This document shows positions 61,156-64,000 of a DNA stretch of 64,000 nt, piece after piece. This DNA comes from Waterburya sp. (GTDB lineage Bacteria > Cyanobacteriota > Cyanobacteriia > Cyanobacteriales > Xenococcaceae): NCBI GenBank assembly GCA_965217895.1, contig CBDCJV010000002.1, forward strand, positions 832,001 through 896,000. The letters run 5' to 3'. Under the pieces are notes generated by a model. That model did not search any database, was not told the DNA's origin, and saw only the letters and a list, made by a program, of their open reading frames with translations. Within the stretch, counting starts at the first letter, position 1; each line of letters opens with the position of its first letter. Position numbers and translations under genes: made by a program.

Positions 61156-62763
61156 TTACCAATCATCTTCAAGTTGTGCTGCCATTTCCTCAACTACTTC
61201 TAATTTCTGCGCCTCTTCCATTTCTTCAAGATCTTCCTCGCCCCAGGCTTCAGATAGAGGTTGAACTACTTTAGAGATTGCATCTTGGACAAAGGACTTG
61301 ATAAATTCATCCCGCCGACTAAGTTGAAACTGCTGCTGCACAACTTCGGTTATGCCTCCATCACCCCAATCTAAATTACGTTTAAAATACTCAATAAAGC
61401 TTTTACCAGCAATGCGAGTTAAATAAGCCGCCGAGACTGCCTGAATAGCTTTGCCCACAATATAGGTAGCAACATTAAACTGTAGGGCTTTAGCTAGAAT
61501 ATCCACCGCACCTTTGACAACTCCCAAACTCACAAGGGTTTTGCCTAAAGACAAAGCCAATTCTTTACCCTGTTCGAGATCTAGCTCTACGTTATAGACT
61601 CTGCCAATTTCAATTACCATCTGCGCATTAACCGCAGCAGCAGCCAGCATATCGACCACGGGGACGGGGGTTACGGCAATAACTCCTGCACCAATCCATT
61701 GATAGCGGTCAATGATTTTATCTGATTCCCTACGCCTTTGATTTTCTATTATTTTGCGTGCTTCTTCTCCTAAACGATGGGACTGAAGCAAAATATTATC
61801 GGCAATTAAATCTTCTCCTTCTGCCCGCAATACTGCTACTAGCCTTTTGATTAAAGGTAGAATTTCCACGCTGGGTTCAATGATTTCGCCAGTGGGTAAC
61901 TGTACTGGTTGAGGGTTAGCACAGATAGCCGTAACGTCACTAGGAGGAATAAAAGGCTTTACTCTTTCTTTAAGTCTGCCTAAGATTATTTCGCGATCTT
62001 CATCGGTATAGAGATCGGTTTTATTAAATACTAAAAGCGATCGCTTGCCAATCTCTGCTAGTGTCTTTAGAGGCTCGTATTCTGACTGTCGCAAATCGTT
62101 ATCCACGGTAAATACCAGCAAATCTGCTTCTGTGGCTAACTGTCTGGCTAGTTCTCCTCTCTCTGTCCCTGCTATTCCCGCTTCTAAAATACCAGGAGTA
62201 TCGATAATTAAGATTTCTCTACCCACCCCTCGCAGCTTGAGGCTATAGGTTTCTCCTTTGGTAGTTGTCCCCATAATGGGGTTAACTTCGCCTACGATCT
62301 CGCCGATTAGAGCGTTTACCAAAGAGGTTTTACCTGCCGATCCTGTACCAAAAATGACTACCTTAACTTCTCCCCGCTGTAAATCTGCCTCAATCTGCTG
62401 AGATTTGTTTAATAGGGCTTTTTGAGCAATTTTGTCCTGTATTTTTCCTACGTGCTGTCTTAAAGCCTGAAGATTTTGGGCAGCTACCTGAGTTTTTTCT
62501 TCGGGTATTCTGGCTTTGATTACCCCGCGTTTGCTTTTCTTGCGCCTAGATCCCTTTCTAGTGTATTTATTAACGTAATAAATATATCCGCCCATCATCG
62601 AGCCAATCAAGACTATGACCAGCAGCAGCAGCAAGTTAGCTAGAATTGGTGCGGTAAATGAGATCTGCATATATAGGTGAGACAAAGATGTCACCAACCA
62701 GATCGATAGCCCCAAAATAAGACTAAGACCAAGAAATAAAGCTACTAGACGCAACAAAGGCAT
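61156..62763 (-). CDS. Membrane GTPase with a DUF697/YcjF domain
   Basis: GTGSAGKTS, DTPG, NKTD; PVPVVDML DUF697-like region. Confidence 0.88.
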   Translation of the reverse strand: MPLLRLVALFLGLSLILGLSIWLVTSLSHLYMQISFTAPILANLLLLLVIVLIGSMMGGYIYYVNKYTRKGSRRKKSKRGVIKARIPEEKTQVAAQNLQALRQHVGKIQDKIAQKALLNKSQQIEADLQRGEVKVVIFGTGSAGKTSLVNALIGEIVGEVNPIMGTTTKGETYSLKLRGVGREILIIDTPGILEAGIAGTERGELARQLATEADLLVFTVDNDLRQSEYEPLKTLAEIGKRSLLVFNKTDLYTDEDREIILGRLKERVKPFIPPSDVTAICANPQPVQLPTGEIIEPSVEILPLIKRLVAVLRAEGEDLIADNILLQSHRLGEEARKIIENQRRRESDKIIDRYQWIGAGVIAVTPVPVVDMLAAAAVNAQMVIEIGRVYNVELDLEQGKELALSLGKTLVSLGVVKGAVDILAKALQFNVATYIVGKAIQAVSAAYLTRIAGKSFIEYFKRNLDWGDGGITEVVQQQFQLSRRDEFIKSFVQDAISKVVQPLSEAWGEEDLEEMEEAQKLEVVEEMAAQLEDDW

Positions 62764-62893
62764 TTTACATTTATTAAAACTAAAACACAGGTATTTTACC
62801 TATGGTAACTACTTTAGATCTCTTGCACGAATTAGAAATGTCGGTTGAAGCAGCTTGAATTTATAAGCTAATATAAATTTTATTATTTACTTC

Positions 62894-63526
62894 ATGAAAA
62901 ATAGCGATCGCCGTATAGCCTATACTACTTATATCTTAATCGCTTTAAATATCTTAGTATATGGTCTAGAAATAAAATTTGGAGGCAGCGAAAATGTTAT
63001 CACTTTAGAACATCTAGGTGGATTAGTTCCTGAAAAAGTTCTGGCGGGTGAATGGTGGCGATTAATTGAGGCTAATTTTTTGCACTATAACTTAATTCAT
63101 TTAGCGACTAATATGTTGTCTCTATTCTTTTTAGGACGTTTAGTTGAATTAAGTCTCGGTTCTAAATATTATCTAACTATTTACTTTTTTAGCGGTGTCG
63201 GCTCAATGCTGACATTTTCTTTATTATCCTTCAGGTTGGGTTTTGACAATGTTCTTCTAGTTGGTGCTTCGGCTGCCATTATGGGCTTGATGGGCGCAAT
63301 TTTAGCAATTTCGCTTCATATCTGGTTACGTAAAAGATATTCTCCCTCTGCCAAACGTCGCGTATGGCAAGTACTGTTAATTGTTTTAGTCCAGTTTATT
63401 TTTGATAATTTAATACCTCAAGTGAGCTTCCATATTCATCTTTTTGGTTTTATCATTGGCTTTTCGATCGGTAGTATTTTGATTTTTTATAAATATAATT
63501 TTAAGCAAGCAAGAGGCAATAAGTAA
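62894..63526 (+). CDS. Rhomboid intramembrane serine protease
   Basis: WWRL...FLH...HLATNM, GASAA, HLFGF. Confidence 0.92.
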   Translation: MKNSDRRIAYTTYILIALNILVYGLEIKFGGSENVITLEHLGGLVPEKVLAGEWWRLIEANFLHYNLIHLATNMLSLFFLGRLVELSLGSKYYLTIYFFSGVGSMLTFSLLSFRLGFDNVLLVGASAAIMGLMGAILAISLHIWLRKRYSPSAKRRVWQVLLIVLVQFIFDNLIPQVSFHIHLFGFIIGFSIGSILIFYKYNFKQARGNK

Positions 63527-63716
63527 CTGATTGTTACGCATTTATCGATCTGTGAAGACTGGGTAGTGGGGTGTTTGGGGTAATGAGGTATTTGTGGTGG
63601 TGAGGTGTTTGAGGTAATTACTCCTCATATCGACCCTACTCCTCTATCTCCATCACTCCTCTGTCTTCTTATACTCCTTACTCACTACTCCATGACCCCA
63701 TGCTGCGTAACGTCAG
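63527..63716. mobile_element. MITE, 190 bp, with a 7-bp target duplication
   Basis: TIRs ctgattgttacgca and tgcgtaacgtcag; direct repeat taagtaa at 63520-63526 and 63717-63723. Confidence 0.75.
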
Positions 63717-63753
63717 TAAGTAATTAAAGGGCGATCGCCCCTACTAAATAGTA

Positions 63754-64000
63754 CTAGCGATCGCGATGGGTAAAAGGTTTAGCATCTGCGCCTGTGTAGG
63801 TGGCTGCAATATGACCATCGCCAGTTACCTTGTATTTATAGGTTACTAAGCCTTCTAAGCCAACAGGACCACGAGGAGGCATTTGTTGGGTGCTGATGCC
63901 AACTTCTGCACCAAAGCCATAGCGAAAACCATCGGCAAAACGGGTTGAACAGTTATGATAGACTCCAGCAGCATCGACGCGATTTTGAAATATGACTGCG
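63754..64000 (-). CDS. proA: Gamma-glutamyl phosphate reductase, 3' end
   Basis: Own translation: [44 protein letters not shown]. Confidence 0.95.
   Translation of the reverse strand, partial: AVIFQNRVDAAGVYHNCSTRFADGFRYGFGAEVGISTQQMPPRGPVGLEGLVTYKYKVTGDGHIAATYTGADAKPFTHRDR

Noticed and set aside
98..62248. Many short antisense or nested ORFs in the track (e.g. 11448-11738, 19161-19622, 27696-28001, 32274-32582)
   Set aside because: Shadows of well-supported genes on the opposite strand or in another frame
1..64000. Very frequent GCGATCGC and short heptamer repeats (gctaaaa, ttaccta, tgctact)
   Set aside because: HIP1 and short tandem repeats are well-known general features of cyanobacterial genomes

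Overview
AT-rich cyanobacterial chromosome segment. The HIP1 octamer GCGATCGC is very dense, and ccmO, petJ and patD-like genes are present. Most of the window is housekeeping: argH, rsmE, 2-Cys peroxiredoxin, pdhC, cofH, ugd, a Trk K+ system, slt, pgl, ccmO, cobA-hemD, purN, rpmB, rel and proA. Four accessory features stand out. (1) A decayed mobile island at about 7.5-11 kb holds a broken IS110-family recombinase preceded by a ~330-nt densely structured non-coding region (bridge-RNA candidate), an IS630 and a truncated mntH. (2) A tightly packed cluster at 46.2-52.6 kb encodes a CDP-archaeol-synthase-like protein, a GT4 glycosyltransferase, a stand-alone fatty acyl-AMP ligase, myo-inositol-1-phosphate synthase and a WecB/TagA glycosyltransferase with MshEN-like repeats. 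It may encode an undescribed inositol (glyco)lipid pathway. (3) A pair of HIP1-anchored 62-bp direct repeats frames Uma2 and SMI1/KNR4-like genes. (4) There is a second IS630 plus many MITE-, REPIN- and SDR-like small elements. No rRNA, tRNA or CRISPR array was seen. All family calls come from motif recognition by eye, not database searches.
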